Under the pieces are notes generated by a model, which was given only the letters and a program-made list of their open reading frames with translations, was not told where the DNA came from and did not search any database. Made by a program: the position numbers and the translations under genes. This document shows, piece by piece, positions 12,518 through 26,700 of a stretch of 64,000 nt of DNA (within the stretch, counting starts at the first letter, position 1; each line of letters opens with the position of its first letter). The stretch comes from Lingula anatina (lineage: Eukaryota > Animalia > Brachiopoda). The DNA is taken from contig CM120646.1 of NCBI GenBank assembly GCA_051362555.1, forward strand, positions 9,920,001-9,984,000. Direction: 5' to 3'.

Positions 12518-15500
12518 CCCAAAGTGGTTGCAATTACTGTTTACACGTAGTTTAATTTGAGTTAACTGTAAATCTTGCTGATAAAGGTGGTATATCCCTG
12601 CATGTGGTATCAGAGACACTAAGAAATGATTGCACAGCATTATTTTTTACTTAAAGGCTAAATAGCATAAGTCAAATAGGATGTTTTGGTCATTGAATCT
12701 TCACCTTTCACTTGACCAAGGTTCATAGGTTGTAGACCAAAATGTCATGCTTGACTCGTGTTATTTAGTCTCTAAGTAAAGTATAATTCTCATTTATCAT
12801 CCTATTTAGAGACCATGAAAAGCCTTTTGTAGTACACTAAGAACTGCTTTGCTTATTGTACATTTCCTTTTGTATTGAAAAGCAATATTGACTCTGTTAA
12901 TTGCTTGCCATTATTCAATACCGCATGTTACTGTTAAGTACATTTTTTCTGCAGAGTCTGTAGGGAACGGCACCATTGTTAAAAAAATGAACCAATTTAT
13001 AGCCCTTTTAGGGCATGTATCTGCAATATAAGCAATAGGCAATTTCTTTCTTGTTGAATGATATATACTTTTTTATGTAGGCAAATTTAGCCATGATATG
13101 GAAGTTGAAAGAAGTCCATGGCACTCAGAGGCCAAATAGAGCAACACTTTTCCCAAGATGGAAACATTAAATCCGAGCCTGTTTAGAGGAAACCTTTGAT
13201 TATATCCTCCACCAACAGGTGAAGGGAATATGGCCAATGAAGTCTGTCAATCTAGTTTTATAAGTTATCAGCTGTTCTCACATAAAAATGTTTCTAGATA
13301 TCATGGAGTGTAAAATGATACTAAATTTTTGGATGCATTGTTGTTCCCAATCACACCAAGTGGTGGCAGCATCGAGTCCTGTTGATGTCAAAGGAAAAAC
13401 ATGAAAACATGGAGAGACCCAATGAATTGCACTTATATGACAAAAATTAGCTGGCAATTACTGGATGTCTTTGTGCACCCTCTGTTGAATGTTTGATATT
13501 AAGTTTAGCAGGTAAATGTGATGGGAAAAGCAAGTTAAAACAAGTGTTTTGTGGCAGGCTTTGTTTTCTCCTCCATCCAATTTTTTTTATCTTTTGTTAA
13601 GCAGGGAGAGAAAGAGTAAAGATGTGAAGTGCAAGATAAAAACATTGTTGTGGCCCTTGGCTGCAAAGGGCAGTTACTGACCTAAACAAATGGGTGGTTT
13701 GTAAGCATCAAATGATGTGTGCACCTTAAAAAAAAAAAGACTTTTTGTGCTTATATTACTCGTTTGTTCAGAGCAAGACATTAATTTAAGATTTATTTTC
13801 AACTTTTTCTCACCATTGTTGAAGGAGCAAGATTAAATTTGGGTATCATTGAGTTAGTTATGACAAATAAGATTGTCTTTCGTTAAAAGGTTGGTTTGAT
13901 AAATGTTTAGAGGGGATCCTTGCTGAGACTGGTATGCTCTTTTTGAAATAAATATACATGCTTTTTTGTGGAGGTACGTGTTTGCACTTTATGAGTGCCT
14001 TCAGGTAAATACAGAATACAGGCATAGATAAAAACTATTTGATATATGCACCAAAGAGAATCAGAAAAGTTGCCATACATTTATATTTTTCTCATAAAAT
14101 AATAACTATTTTTACTACTTAGGTCTTATTTTGTCTAAGATGTTTCTTATGGTAGTTGCTTAAGTAGTTATATTTATTATGCATAATATTAAATCCCATT
14201 GATGACAAAAAAATGAAGGTGCTGCACAGAAATATATTTGTCATATTTATAATAAGATTTAGCAGACATTTATCTGAAAAATAACAGGTCACCTTTTGAA
14301 TAGAGCCATGCACCACTGATGTGAATACGATTTCATGATGGTGATGATATTGACTTTTATAAAAGCAGCTGTATTTGCTTTAAAGATTATTAAGTATCTG
14401 GATGTAATTTGCAATTTGTAAGTTACTGCCATGTAATATTCCAAAACACAAAACACAAAACATTATTTTTGTCTGTCTCTGCTTGTTTTTGCCTCAGCAT
14501 ATTGTATGGTCAATCCGGGAGAACTTTGGATTGGCGAATAATCTGCTTTACCAACATCAACTTTAAATACATCCTTACTACATAGTCACCTAGACTGTAA
14601 GCTATTTTAGTTCCAATTTTGATGAATTTTTACCAGTCACCAGTGATAATTTTTTTTTTTTTTTTTAATTATGTTGTTTCTGTTGAATTCAAAATTCTAC
14701 TGTATATAATTGTTCTCCTGTCTTCAGGAGTTGTCTGCAACATTTACGATACTCTGTATCTTTGAATGCATGATATTTTGATACTTAAATCATGGCAAGT
14801 GTATTTTATTAATGCAAAGCTCTGTTTTTAAAATAGAGCAGTGTGATACTTTGTTCATTAAGCAAAACCATTTGTTAAATGACAGTCTTTACACTGGACA
14901 AACCCCTACCCTGTGTTTTCTCACAGTGTATATATGAGTATCTGTGCAAGGTGATGGGGATTTTTGCAATTGAAATATGCAATTTGAACTTTCATAAATG
15001 TTTTAATAATGTTAGGTCCCCTGCAGTGTGCATATATGATGTCAACTTTGATTCAATCCCATTTTCTTGTGTGTGCATTTATCCCCCTCTCCTGAGGTCG
15101 TCACGTGCTGCACTCCCCAGGGAAATGTGAAATTTGCATCAATGTCCATTTTGCTGATTTGTGTCAGTTTAATGGTGCAAAAAGTGGGAACAACCCCCTT
15201 TAGCTGGTGCTAATGGTGTTCTTGACAAAAGCAGTTGTAAAGAAACTGCACATGCACACAAAGAAAAATTTGGTTTTGATACAACTTTATATGACTGATT
15301 AAGGGTTGTTGAATACATATCATGTTTAAATAAGAAACAGTTGTTACACTTGGCTTTTTAAGACTGAAATGTGCAATATGTTTAGGAGTGTAGAAGAATG
15401 TCCTGTGGAAGAGCAGGACTGGCCATCAGTTCCATCTATTTTACTGTGAAGTATTTGGCTTATTTTATCATCAGACAAGCCCCACTTACCAGACCAGTTG

Positions 15501-15826
15501 TGTACCACATTTTCACAACAACGTGGTAGTCATGTGGTCCGGGCCTTGTGGCCCAGGCCATGTGGTTCAGGCAACAGGGTGTTGACTGGGACTTGTGACA
15601 GCCAGCTCTCTATGTCCAGCAACATCTCTTAGTGAAGGAACACATTATACATTCAGCCTTTTGTTTCAACTCAATGGATTGTTACTGTGTGTTTGAGTAT
15701 ATTATGAGTATATTATTGCATTTCTTTATATACAATTGAACATTTTTGGAAATATATAATTATTGTTCAATTTGGACCGTTTTGTTTTGTTTTTGTATTT
15801 GTGTCTGGGACTGGCTAGGTTGCTTA

Positions 15827-16363
15827 AGCCCCCTTTTCACTGGACGGCGTCCTTTCTGCGTCCCTGCTGCGTTCAAAAAAAATGGATCGTTTCATGAATT
15901 TTAGGGGAAAAACAATCGGAGGCTGATATGAAACCACTGTCGCCCTTAGCATTCCTGTCTAGTGAAAAATACCTCAGCACGGCCCCGTTTGAGAGTGAAA
16001 AAAAATATTGTTCTACGTGCCGAACGCTGGACGATCCTTCAGTTTTCATTCTGCAACCAAAGCGATGCTTGTGCCTCCTTTCTACGATCGCGGCGATGCT
16101 TGTGCGTCCTCTCTGCGACCACGGCGATGCTTGTGCATCCTTTCTGCGTCCATTGAGCGACCATCCTCCATCGCGTTCTCTCTGCGATTGTTTTGAACGT
16201 GCTCAAAACTTCGCGGCGTCCATGGCGTCCTCGGCGATGCTTAAACGTTCTTTGTGCGACCTTGGCAATCACTGTGCGTTCTTTGAGCGTCCGACGGCAT
16301 CCTGGCCAGTTTCATGGTCGCACAAAGGACGCAGAAAGGACGCCGTCCCGTGTAAAGGGGGTT
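15827..16363. mobile_element. PIF/Harbinger-type MITE
   Basis: ~37-bp TIRs agcccccttttcactggacggcgtcctttctgcgtcc / ggacgcagaaaggacgccgtcccgtgtaaagggggtt, TTA on both sides; internal gcgatgcttgtgc repeats. Confidence 0.8.
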
Positions 16364-17012
16364 TTAGTAGTACTCACTCGCGCACTTCTGTCTTTCTTAT
16401 GGTAGTAAAGGTCACAGAGAGTAGGCGTCATTTTGACTGCTCCTATTGGCTGGCCAACTCACCATATTGAGAAGAAAAAAGTTCTAGCCTAAATGTTCAA
16501 ATCATGACATTCGCAAGGAATATGAAATTAACAGACCCAAAAGTAATTAGTTTGTGACATTTGGAATTCATAACACTCCCAATATTCAACACTTGCAGAA
16601 ATGAAATAGAATGTTCACTTCTAAACGTATTTTCCAATCAGACTTTACGGACATAAAATAAAGACGACATGCCAAGTAATATACCAAATTAATCCCTCGA
16701 TCGACAAAAAGTAATTTTAAAACTGAACCTTTAAAACTTCAAATTTCTGTTCGGAAATTGACCTATTTATCTGCCCCTCAAGTTTGTAAAAGTATGCTTA
16801 ATGACGTATTACTGCGCGTGCATTGCATAACTATCACTCTCACTTCCATATAAGTACAGGTATGTAGTTGCGCGCAAAACTGCATACTTCATCAAACGAT
16901 AGTTACTGTTGAGGGATATATTCGTTGTAGCACAGAAAGAGCACAAATTATCCGTCCAAATAACATTTTTCGGGAAATGAGAAACGATGTCCTTTGGTAT
17001 TTCTCAAAGTTA

Positions 17013-19035
17013 TACGACTGTTTCACAATCAGGGGTACAAAATAGGGGTCACATTGAGAGAAAAATGAACTCTGATGCATTTGTTTAATTTTGTGACAGA
17101 TAAAGAGAATAACATCTTAACTATGACATCCAACATTTTTAGAACACAAGATTAATTATTTTTTGTGTTACGTTCAAATTAACAGAACGCCTCTTAGGCT
17201 ATGATTTGGGGGTACGGACACTACACATTCAAGTAACTGATGCTTTTGTAACTGAAATATCATATTGTTTACCAGTTATTTTTGCCAACATTCTAAAAAT
17301 ATCAAAATAAAGATATAACAACAGTACTTTAACCAAAAGGATACAAGTACATGTATTAATCAAAATGTTTTTTGGATAAACACCACAGCATGTTTTTCAG
17401 TGAATGCTGGCGCTTGGTTGTGTGTCATTCAGTTTTACTTTCATTCGCCAGACTTTAATTTAAACTTTTTCTTTCTGTTGCTTGGTCTTTTTTAATTAAT
17501 TTATTTATTGATTGATTTATTTATTGATTTATTTATTTTTGTTTCAGTCTTGATTCTTGTTTTTCGAGTCTTTTCTTCTTTTTCAGCTCTCGTTAATTTG
17601 CACCTCTTGCTCTGCTGTTTTCAGGATTGTTGGGTTTCTGCTTCTCCTTGACTCTCTGTCAGTATGCCCTAATTTCTTTTCTCTTATTTAGTCTTTCTTG
17701 CTGGGCCAGCCTTGGATGATTCTTCAGTTTTATGCTTCTCTGCTTTGTGCATTCAACATCTGCCTTACGTGCTTCAGCATGACTATTAGCTCTTTGACGT
17801 TTTTTTTTAATTATTTTTGCTGACAGTAAAAATTTCATGTTTCCCTTTTCTTTTCCTATTTGTCATCCATGTTTGATACTTCATCCACTGAGAGTATTAT
17901 AAATATACCTCTGTTAATTATGCATGTATTGTAGTGTCCGTACAATTTATTATTTTGCAATTAGCTATATTTGGCAATATATTGGAAGCAATATTGTTCA
18001 TTTTGAATGCAAAGAGTAGCATCTTCACTGATAATATTTTTTTTGCAAAATGTCTTGCCTGACTCTTATTAACTAGTTTCACTTTATCGAATATACATTT
18101 ATATATAATGTTTTTTCTAAACATCATAGGACATGAATGCATTTTATACAATCTAGAACAATATTTTGTACCATATTTTGATGTTTTATCATCATTAATA
18201 AGTAGCCAGTTATCCAATGGTTAATGTATACCTTGGGGGTACGGACACCACAGTAGGGGTACGGACACTACATTTGGCACCAAATTCTTGCATATCTTTT
18301 CATAATAAGGGGTAATGTGCTTTTTTCTTCCTGAAAAATAAATGTCAGTGTGGACATACATAAAATAATAAAATCAGACAGAATATGCTGTGATTCCTAA
18401 ATAAAACAGATAGGAGGGGAGGGGGGGTACGGACACTACAAAAATTAGGAGACACCAAGGGGCTCATGATTATAAATACCATAGCATTATTAATAATGGT
18501 TACATATGCACATCTCCTTTATTATGTTTAAGTCATAACATGGTAAATTCATCTTATTATCACGTAGGTGATTTCAAAGTAATATTTGGCCTTATCAAAT
18601 ATGTTTTTCATTGCATTAACAAAAATAAGTAAAATGTGTACAAAAGCCTGTTTCAGCAAAATGGTTAAAATAATTTTTTTTCTCAGAACATTTCTTTGGA
18701 AGAACCTGCTAGAAGAGAAAACATATGTTGTGGGAATTATATACCAATATCATATTCACCATAAATCATTGACATAAAGAGCTAGTGCATCATATTTATG
18801 ACCTCAATTGCAAATGACCCATCGTAACAGCTAAAAATAGGTACTTTTTGAACACATAATTGGCTATTTTTGAAAATTGTAGTCTGATTATTATAATTCT
18901 TTTTTTATTTTGCTCCTATGAACAATGTCTTTAATATCAGTCTTTCAGCAATCTCTAATCATAAATTGCTAATTTATCAGACACTTGTAACATTAACCAC
19001 ATTTAATTGTTCACCCTGATTGTGAAACAGCCGTA
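17013..19035. mobile_element. Tc1/mariner-pogo-like non-autonomous element
   Basis: TIRs tacgactgtttcacaatcaggggtacaa / ttgttcaccctgattgtgaaacagccgta, TA flanks; five internal gtacggacac motifs. Confidence 0.75.
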
Positions 19036-21071
19036 TACTATTTGACACTAAATTGTACTGACGTACTGATTAAATCTCGGCTCCGAGGTTTAATTGCTAC
19101 TCCCCGACGTCGCGTGTGAAGGCGGGTAGGCTAGCAGGGAATATTAACGGTATCGCTTTTAAAGTGGGGTCGGCCATACTTAATTGGTGAATCAGTTAGC
19201 CTGCATCTGTTCTGAATGCGCGCTCTGATCTGCAGACCTGTTAGTTCACGGGTCATCTGTTCTAAATGCATAGATGTTGGAGTGAGAGTGATTATTATTT
19301 GCGCACTTTTATCTAATTATCTAATTATACTCTTGAAATTATATGGGGGCATTTGGTAGGTTTTTGTGGCAATATTTTAAATGTATCTTTAAACATAGTG
19401 CTGAGCGTAAATATGCCCCAACTTTCTTGTGCATCTGACAGCTCTCCATATTAATGAGTTCAGCATTTTATTGGTACATGGTGTGTGAACATGGTGCGTT
19501 CGGATTTTGTTCCTTATCCGCTTATATACGTTAAGAACCATTGTCATGTTAAGTGATAATGCTGTTGCGTGAAAATACATCGAACCAAATTTCTAACTAT
19601 AAAGCTCACTGACCTGCCTGACGTTCTGTGCTGGTAACATTCTCACAATGATCATGTAAGCTACAGTACATAGTTAAAGATAAGTGGTAATTATGCTGTT
19701 CAGCATTGTATAATTAGATTAAATTTAAATTTTTAAAAAACATTTTGTGTTCACTTTTATTATTAAATTGTTATTCTGTTTAAATGTTGCAGCTTCTGTG
19801 AGTTTCGTCTTGTATATATGTTCATTTGGTGGCTTTTTTTCCTGTATTCATGTGTGTTATTATATCTGTTATTTACCTAATCCAGCCTGCGCTACATAAA
19901 CAGGTGGCTGTATCGCTTCTTTCAACCGGTAGCTTACATTTACTGCCGTTATTATACCTTTAATAGATGGGCTATTGCGATATCTGACAGATTAAGCTGG
20001 AAAAAGTATTGTCAATAAACCAAAAGATTATTTTATATACTACAATTCCAATTTTCTCACGACGGTCGAGCATGACGAGACTCTGGGACCGTGACATCGG
20101 GTTGTCATTTCATTTCCAAAGTTGAGGCCATTGTGGTGAACGTCAGCAATAATTATCTCGCTCGCTTGACGTTGAGAGTGCTTTTGCAGTTAGGAGAGAC
20201 CCGTTATTCAATACATTACCAGCCAGGCCCAGGTACGAGATTGCACTTTTACGATATCCATTATCAAGATAATCTACAAGTCCGCGTTATCGCTTGTCAG
20301 CTATTCGTGGGCTCGACACTTTATGATATGTCACGTTTTACACCTTTCATTTTCTAAAAGGATTGGTGTCGTGATTGGTCAGTGTTTTTTATAGTAATTT
20401 AATACATTTACATGTTGTGCGTACAGTCTACAAAACATACACATGCATTATTCATACTTTCTACACTAGACTAAGCTTGTGAAAATGTACAGAGACAAAG
20501 TAATAGCAACAACACAAAAAATTACAATAATAGTAATAATAATAAAGGAACTTTATAGCAATAAAATTACATGTATAGACAAGCATCGCTATAACACATT
20601 ACATATTACATATCCAGTATTCTATAATCATAAACTAGGTACGGTCTTAATGCCGAGTCAACTGCTCACAGCATTGATCGTACGCTAGCATCATACTCTT
20701 AAGTATCGTATACATGCCTAAGATATAGAAATTAATTATGTTTTCTACGATGTGAGATGTACCTTTATATTTACAGTAATTATTTGTAGCCATAGACGTC
20801 ACTAATTGGAAGATGAAGCACAGTTTCTTTTCGCAAAAGCGAGGTTAAGGAATTTGGCCAAAGATATCATCACTATTATTCACAGAACATATGTCAAGTA
20901 ATATAAATTGTTAGCATTACTGCCTTATTAAAGAGACGAGGAAATTACTTTGTCGTGTGGTTTTATCTTGATAGAAGTCATACGCGACCTATAAACACTG
21001 GACGGGCTGGTGTTGTAGCACCCTAATTATGAATATTAAGGGCTTTTCCCAGACCCTATCTTACTAACTGT

Positions 21072-21223
21072 GGATCGATCTATCTCCGAGGGGATTCTCG
21101 CTAAATTGCAATCAACTTGCTAGAGGGTAATAATCGTTTAGCAGCTTCAGTAGGCGTGCCAGACATCTAGCCGGTTAAGCTGAAAGCAATTTAGCAAGAA
21201 ACCCCTTGGAGATGAATCGATCC
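21072..21223. mobile_element. Small palindromic MITE-like element (gatcgatcta family)
   Basis: ggatcgatctatctccgagggattctcgctaaattgc ... gcaatttagcaagaaaccccttggagatgaatcgatcc. Confidence 0.55.
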
Positions 21224-22289
21224 TGTTAGATTGATCTAGGTATGAGAACCCAGTCTAAGTAGATGGACGAAGGCTAAACTATCGTTACGGTAGCCGGAAC
21301 ACAATTTGAGTTCATGGAAAAACATGCTTTTAAATGACGGCGTGACACATGGACCAACATGCCCGATTATGATAAGTTGGTCTACATCTGTTGACTCGAA
21401 TAAGCCACTTATTTTCTATAACTAGAAAAAGGCTTACAAAGAACGTTAAACAGCGCCAGCATTGCAGCTTATCATTTTCGGAAAACTAACATCCCGTACA
21501 ATAGCGTGAAGATATTTTTTCCAGTAAACTACGCTACATAGTGTTTGACACAACTTCGACAGGAACAGTTTAAAATTAAATCAAAGCAGACTGACTGGAT
21601 TCATGGAAACCTTGACTTGAGAAGTGTTGATCTTTCTGGTAGCAGGTTTTGAAATATAAAAATGCAATCCCGGGAGTACACAGCACTTCATGTTAATAGG
21701 CATTATAATGACAAGAAAATAATTAAGGAAGTCTTTCGTCTTTTGGTACTTGGAAAACGATCTTTTCAGTGAGTTCCTTGCCATCAAAGCGTGTTGACCA
21801 CTTAACCTCAGTGTCTTTTAATAAATGAAGAAGAAATAAACGGAGCAAAGTGAGCATGTTATTCTGTTAGTTTATTTTCATATTACGCACGCATTAAATT
21901 CACGCTATTGTCCATTATTGTGACGGCCTGATGAAACTGATAATAAAACAGTTCGTAGAATCAACCGAGCTGCTGAGAGGGATTTACACTTGCATAACGT
22001 GAAGTACAAGACCATGACAAGACAGCAAACCTTCCAAATGTACAGACAACAAGAAAGAAAAAATATCCAATTTGCTCCATTCTGAGATTCTGAACATAGT
22101 GAGGGATTAAAATTTGACAAATTGCACTGATATGAGTTAATTTCCATTTTTGACACTTTATTAGACAATACACAATAACAGATTTGCCATTATTTTATTA
22201 TATATAATTAACGAACATAATTGCTAAGTTGCAGATAATGTCAAAAGAACATTTTTACAAATCTTATTAGTTCAATACTGATACTATTT

Positions 22290-22760
22290 TAAAATGTGCC
22301 TAAGAACTGAATCGAAGGAAAACTCACATAAAAAACAGCATAACTTCAACAAAAATAAACCGATCAAGCTTATTTTCGAACTTGATCTGTATATTGGACC
22401 TATAAATCAGTCCGGCAAGAATCAAAGCAAAATTTGACATGGTGTTCATTTTCTTTGTATTACAGTGGATAAAATATGTTTAAAAACAGCATAACTTTTG
22501 GAAATACGGTCCAATCAAGTTAATTTTCAAACTCGACCTGTATTTTACAAATATTCATCAGTTCTGTAAGTTTAAAGACAAAAGGTAAAACAATTTTCAT
22601 TTTATTTGTATAACGGTGGATTATGTAAGCTAAAAACGAAAAAAAATAGCATAACTTTTACAAAAATAATCCAATCAGGCTGATTTTCAAACTCGACCTG
22701 CGTTTTATGAATATTCATTAGTTCTGAAAGTTTGAAGACAAAAGGAAAATAGGATTCAGT
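22290..22760 (-). mobile_element. HINE-like repeat, internal tandem units, reverse orientation
   Basis: Three units with cagcataactt...ttttcaaactcgacctg, reverse complement of the family core. Confidence 0.55.
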
Positions 22761-22870
22761 GTCACGTAATCTAGACGACGTTTACTTTAAGCACGCTTTA
22801 ATTGTGACATAGCGTTTCTTTAACACATCAACGACGTCACGTATCCTAGGAGTTTTTTTACCGGTTTTTT

Positions 22871-22919
22871 TATTCATATTTCTGAAGAAGGCCTAAGAGT
22901 CGAAAGCTAGGATAGGATA
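22871..22919 (+). ncRNA. Candidate minimal type I hammerhead ribozyme (Penelope-like element type)
   Basis: CTGAAGA-A-GGC-ctaaga-GTC-GAAA-GCTA core; stem I UAUUC(A)UAUUU/GGAUAGGAUA with wobble pairs. Confidence 0.5.
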
Positions 22920-23629
22920 TTACATCTTTATAGTAGATCTTCATAGCTGCATCATTATAATAACTTTATTACCCAATGACATAGCTGGCCTTAGCATGTG
23001 CACCCAATACCAAAACAGCATGTGTAACTTATTGGCAGAAAATTTCTACAGTTGAATAATTTTATAAAATGATTAATTCTTTGATTAAAAAAAATAAATA
23101 GATAATTAATAAATTAAGGCCTTATAGTGGACATGGTTACATAAATTGGACTCTTAGTATAATGACTATTTTTATATTAAGTCCTGTTTTTTATTTAAGC
23201 ATAAGTGATGGGCTTTTGTACATTTGGGGCACATACAACTGTTAAATTTGCAAGGTACCACAAGAAAGCACTAGTTCGTATTCAGTGTCGAACACTAGGG
23301 AATCTGTCACGCTCCTATCTGAGCGGTTCACTGGCCCAAGACGTGATTCGCGTGGAAACAATGCGTATCGCAAAGATAACATGAAAGAAGTTATTTACAG
23401 ACATCCATGCTTCAGATACCACTAGTGGCCACAAGGATATAATTTGCTCGTGATAAGCTCGTCCAAATATTGTATAGAGGTATGTTCACACAATACAGCA
23501 ACCAATGAGGATATAATACAGTTAATGGAAATATATTTTGAACATTAATTGTATGAAAACCTGTGAAACCGTACGGGAATTGTCTCTCTGAAGAAAAGTG
23601 TAAAAAATTCTCACATCAGAACAACTTCT

Positions 23630-23636
23630 TATAAAA
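23630..23636 (+). promoter_or_regulatory. Putative TATA box of the Kunitz/TIL gene
   Basis: TATAAAA 120 nt upstream of ATG 23750. Confidence 0.5.
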
Positions 23637-23749
23637 CCAGCGCTGTGTATGAACTAAGAATACGTGCGTCTGCGGCCAGACACAGGGAAATCGCTTTGGT
23701 ATCCGTGGATGTCGATAAAATAGAAAGTTAACCAAGGCAGAATACCAGA

Positions 23750-23791
23750 ATGACCAGAAAATCTACATTAACAATACTTGCACTGGCACAA
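23750..23791 (+). CDS. Kunitz/TIL gene exon 1 ([14 protein letters not shown], signal peptide)
   Basis: ATG after TATA box; CAA|gtaagt. Confidence 0.65.
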
Positions 23792-26700
23792 GTAAGTATT
23801 CCTAAATTCTGAATGTTTGGAAAAACAAGAATTTTCTCAAAAATTCACCTTTTTATATGTCGTTTGCATTAATATTCACTAAAGATATATAACTCTAGAT
23901 AGGTATCATTTGAAGGCTTGTTAATGTTGTACGAATGATGCAACTCTCGAATTTTATTGTATAAAATTTTCTGGTACAATGGCTACTTTATAAAGACTAT
24001 GTTTGATATTGTCCAACAATTTGCGAGTCTGATTGATATTTTTAAAGCTATATTTACAATAATTTGTTGCATAATTTTTGTCGACATACAAGTGTTTACT
24101 GACGTTTTCAGTGATATAATCACTTAAGTCGCTGTCACACCTCGTGTAAAGAGGTTCGTAAAACTTTAGTTTGTGCCATCGATTATACGCACAACTTTAG
24201 GGGTATGAAAATGCCCTGTTGAAATGAAGTGACAAGTGGCGTATGAATGTGTGTGTGTGTGTGTGTGTGTGTGTCCTTAATATTTTATCTCCCTCCGGGA
24301 AATGCCATCGTTTTCTGCGTACGCGAAACGTGTACGGCGCATGTTTAACGAGGCCCTTGCGTATGGGCAATTTTTTCATATGCGCTAGGTGTGATAGGAC
24401 AGTACCTTTGCTTTGAAACAAAATTTATGCAACAGGTACGCTTCGCTATTGTCACAAGAGCATCATTCGGCCTGAAGCATGGCCTTATGATAAGAACGAA
24501 ATGTAGCTATTTCATATTTTTCCCCAAAGTTAGTGATCAGTATATCTAAAACGTTAGTAAATAGAATCCTGGGGAAACAAGAACAATCTTCTAGATAATG
24601 TGCATGAATGTGTAAGTATGTTTATGGTTAGCCTTTATTCTACGCTACAGGTGCTGTCTCTAAGCAGTACCCAGTGGACGTATAATACCTTCGGCCTTCG
24701 CCCCTACAACTCTGCTTACAGGCCGTACACTGGAGCATACGCAAGGAACACATGCCTGGTATATAAAATACCTTCATCTTTAAGAAGTATAAGAAAGACA
24801 GCTCTGACATAATTCGTACAGTGTTTTCTTAAATTAATCCTGACCACTATAAGAGATGTTTTAAAATTCATTTAAAATAAATAAAGAACCAATGTAATGA
24901 AGTTGGAAAAAAAAGTCATCTTCATTAACTTTTATGCACTGGTTTAGTTAATACAATACTAAAAGTATAATCCGTGCAAATTGATGCCCATCTATAACCA
25001 TATCAATGCAGCTCATCGAAACAAATTAAGGATGAAGACGGCATATTGATAAGAAGCTTATTTCAACAGCTATTCATTGCATTTCATTATTTTATTACAA
25101 AGTGGTTACGTAAGGAGATATAACGCTTAATAGATTTTCTAAAACTGATTTTTATTCTCTTAAAACTGAAAGTCCACTATACAGACACAGGTTTAGATAG
25201 CTTAGTTTATTTGCCTCCTCTGGCATCAACAGAAATGTGTTTCAAGTTCTTGATATGAGCTGAATTACCAAATATGTCACAATTTACGAAAATACCACTT
25301 TAACGATACTTCTACCATAACAGAAACACTCATAGTTTGAAAATGAAGCTGGTATTATTAAATCCTTGAGCATATTCCATCACACACAGCTTAGATCTAA
25401 CGAATAAATGTAATCTTTCATGGACTGGAAATTCTTAGTTTTGGCATCTTTTTCTGAGTAAACATACTAACCTTACGTAACTATTACGCAGTGAAATAAT
25501 GACATAAAATGAATAGCTGTTGAAATTAGCTTTTCACTTATATGCAGCATGTTGCTATATCTTTGTTGGTTAAGATGATAGCTACGTTCCTGCCCCCCCC
25601 CCCTCCCCCCACCCCGTCTTCATCCTTGAACGCATTTAAGACTAACGTTTTACTAAACAGGACAAACGTTATAATTTACATATTTCAGACGCTGCGATGT
25701 AGGCTTGGAACAACATGTGTGGATGATGCTTTTTATGGAGCAAGATGTAGGTTACATTGATTATAACCCATATATCTATCTATCTGTTGAATTATTTTAA
25801 ATTCTATCACTTTTTATGTACAGACACATCGTGTCTTAACAAAGAGCCATCACTTGCGCCTGTCGTCGCTCTTGCATTTTCAGTGATAACACGATAAGTA
25901 GGAATCCGTTCGGCCTTTTCCCTTTAAATTTACAGAGGTGATGATAATTAATAACGTACAGTTTGCATTTGAAAATCAGCTTGATCGTTTTTCCAAAAGT
26001 AATGCTATTTTGAAATTAAATGCTAATTATCTCCCAAACCGAAGGTATTATGGGATGTGGACATTTTGAATATGATCTCAAATTTGACACTTTGACCTAT
26101 TTCAATGTCAAATGGGCCAATCCACATCTACCATTTAATTTAATCGAGCTTAAACTCGTTAAAATTTGGTGTTGATTTTGTTTTTAAGCATCATGTAAAA
26201 TTGCATCGAAATTGTCAAAATTACCTTTTTGTGCATCATCATTTGCTTTTATGTCTGTATATTTTACGGCTTTGACTTTTTACATTGAAAGCGTAGGAAA
26301 AGACGTAATGATTCGTTTATCCACATTTCAATGTGTTTGGTCAATGCAAAGTGATATGTTATTTTGGTGTCAAGTGCAATCTTTTAGGCTTTGAGCTTCC
26401 AGACGTGATTGCAGACAAAAGATTTTCGACGAATTCGTGTTCTACAACAAATTTGGTCTTAGAAATACCTAGATTTGTACCACTTTTCCAAAAAGTGTAT
26501 ATTTGCCTTACGCCGTTTGACATTAATTTAACAAGATTTAAACTCCTTCTATGAATTCATGAATGTGGAGATACTTAATGAACCAACAAAATTTAGCTAC
26601 GAGGTACATGAATACTAAATCATGGCAGCAGTGGGATGCAGAGTTTGTATTCAGCAGCTTTTGTTTACCATGTGGTAGGTGTTAGGAGTGCGACGCCCAC

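Noticed and set aside
15928-16470. 180-aa ORF and overlapping ORFs
   Set aside because: Lie mostly inside a GC-rich TIR-bounded MITE with internal repeats; no recognisable domain
21928-21955. CTGATGA as a second hammerhead core (also ~59911)
   Set aside because: No stem II followed by GAAA and no stem I pairing
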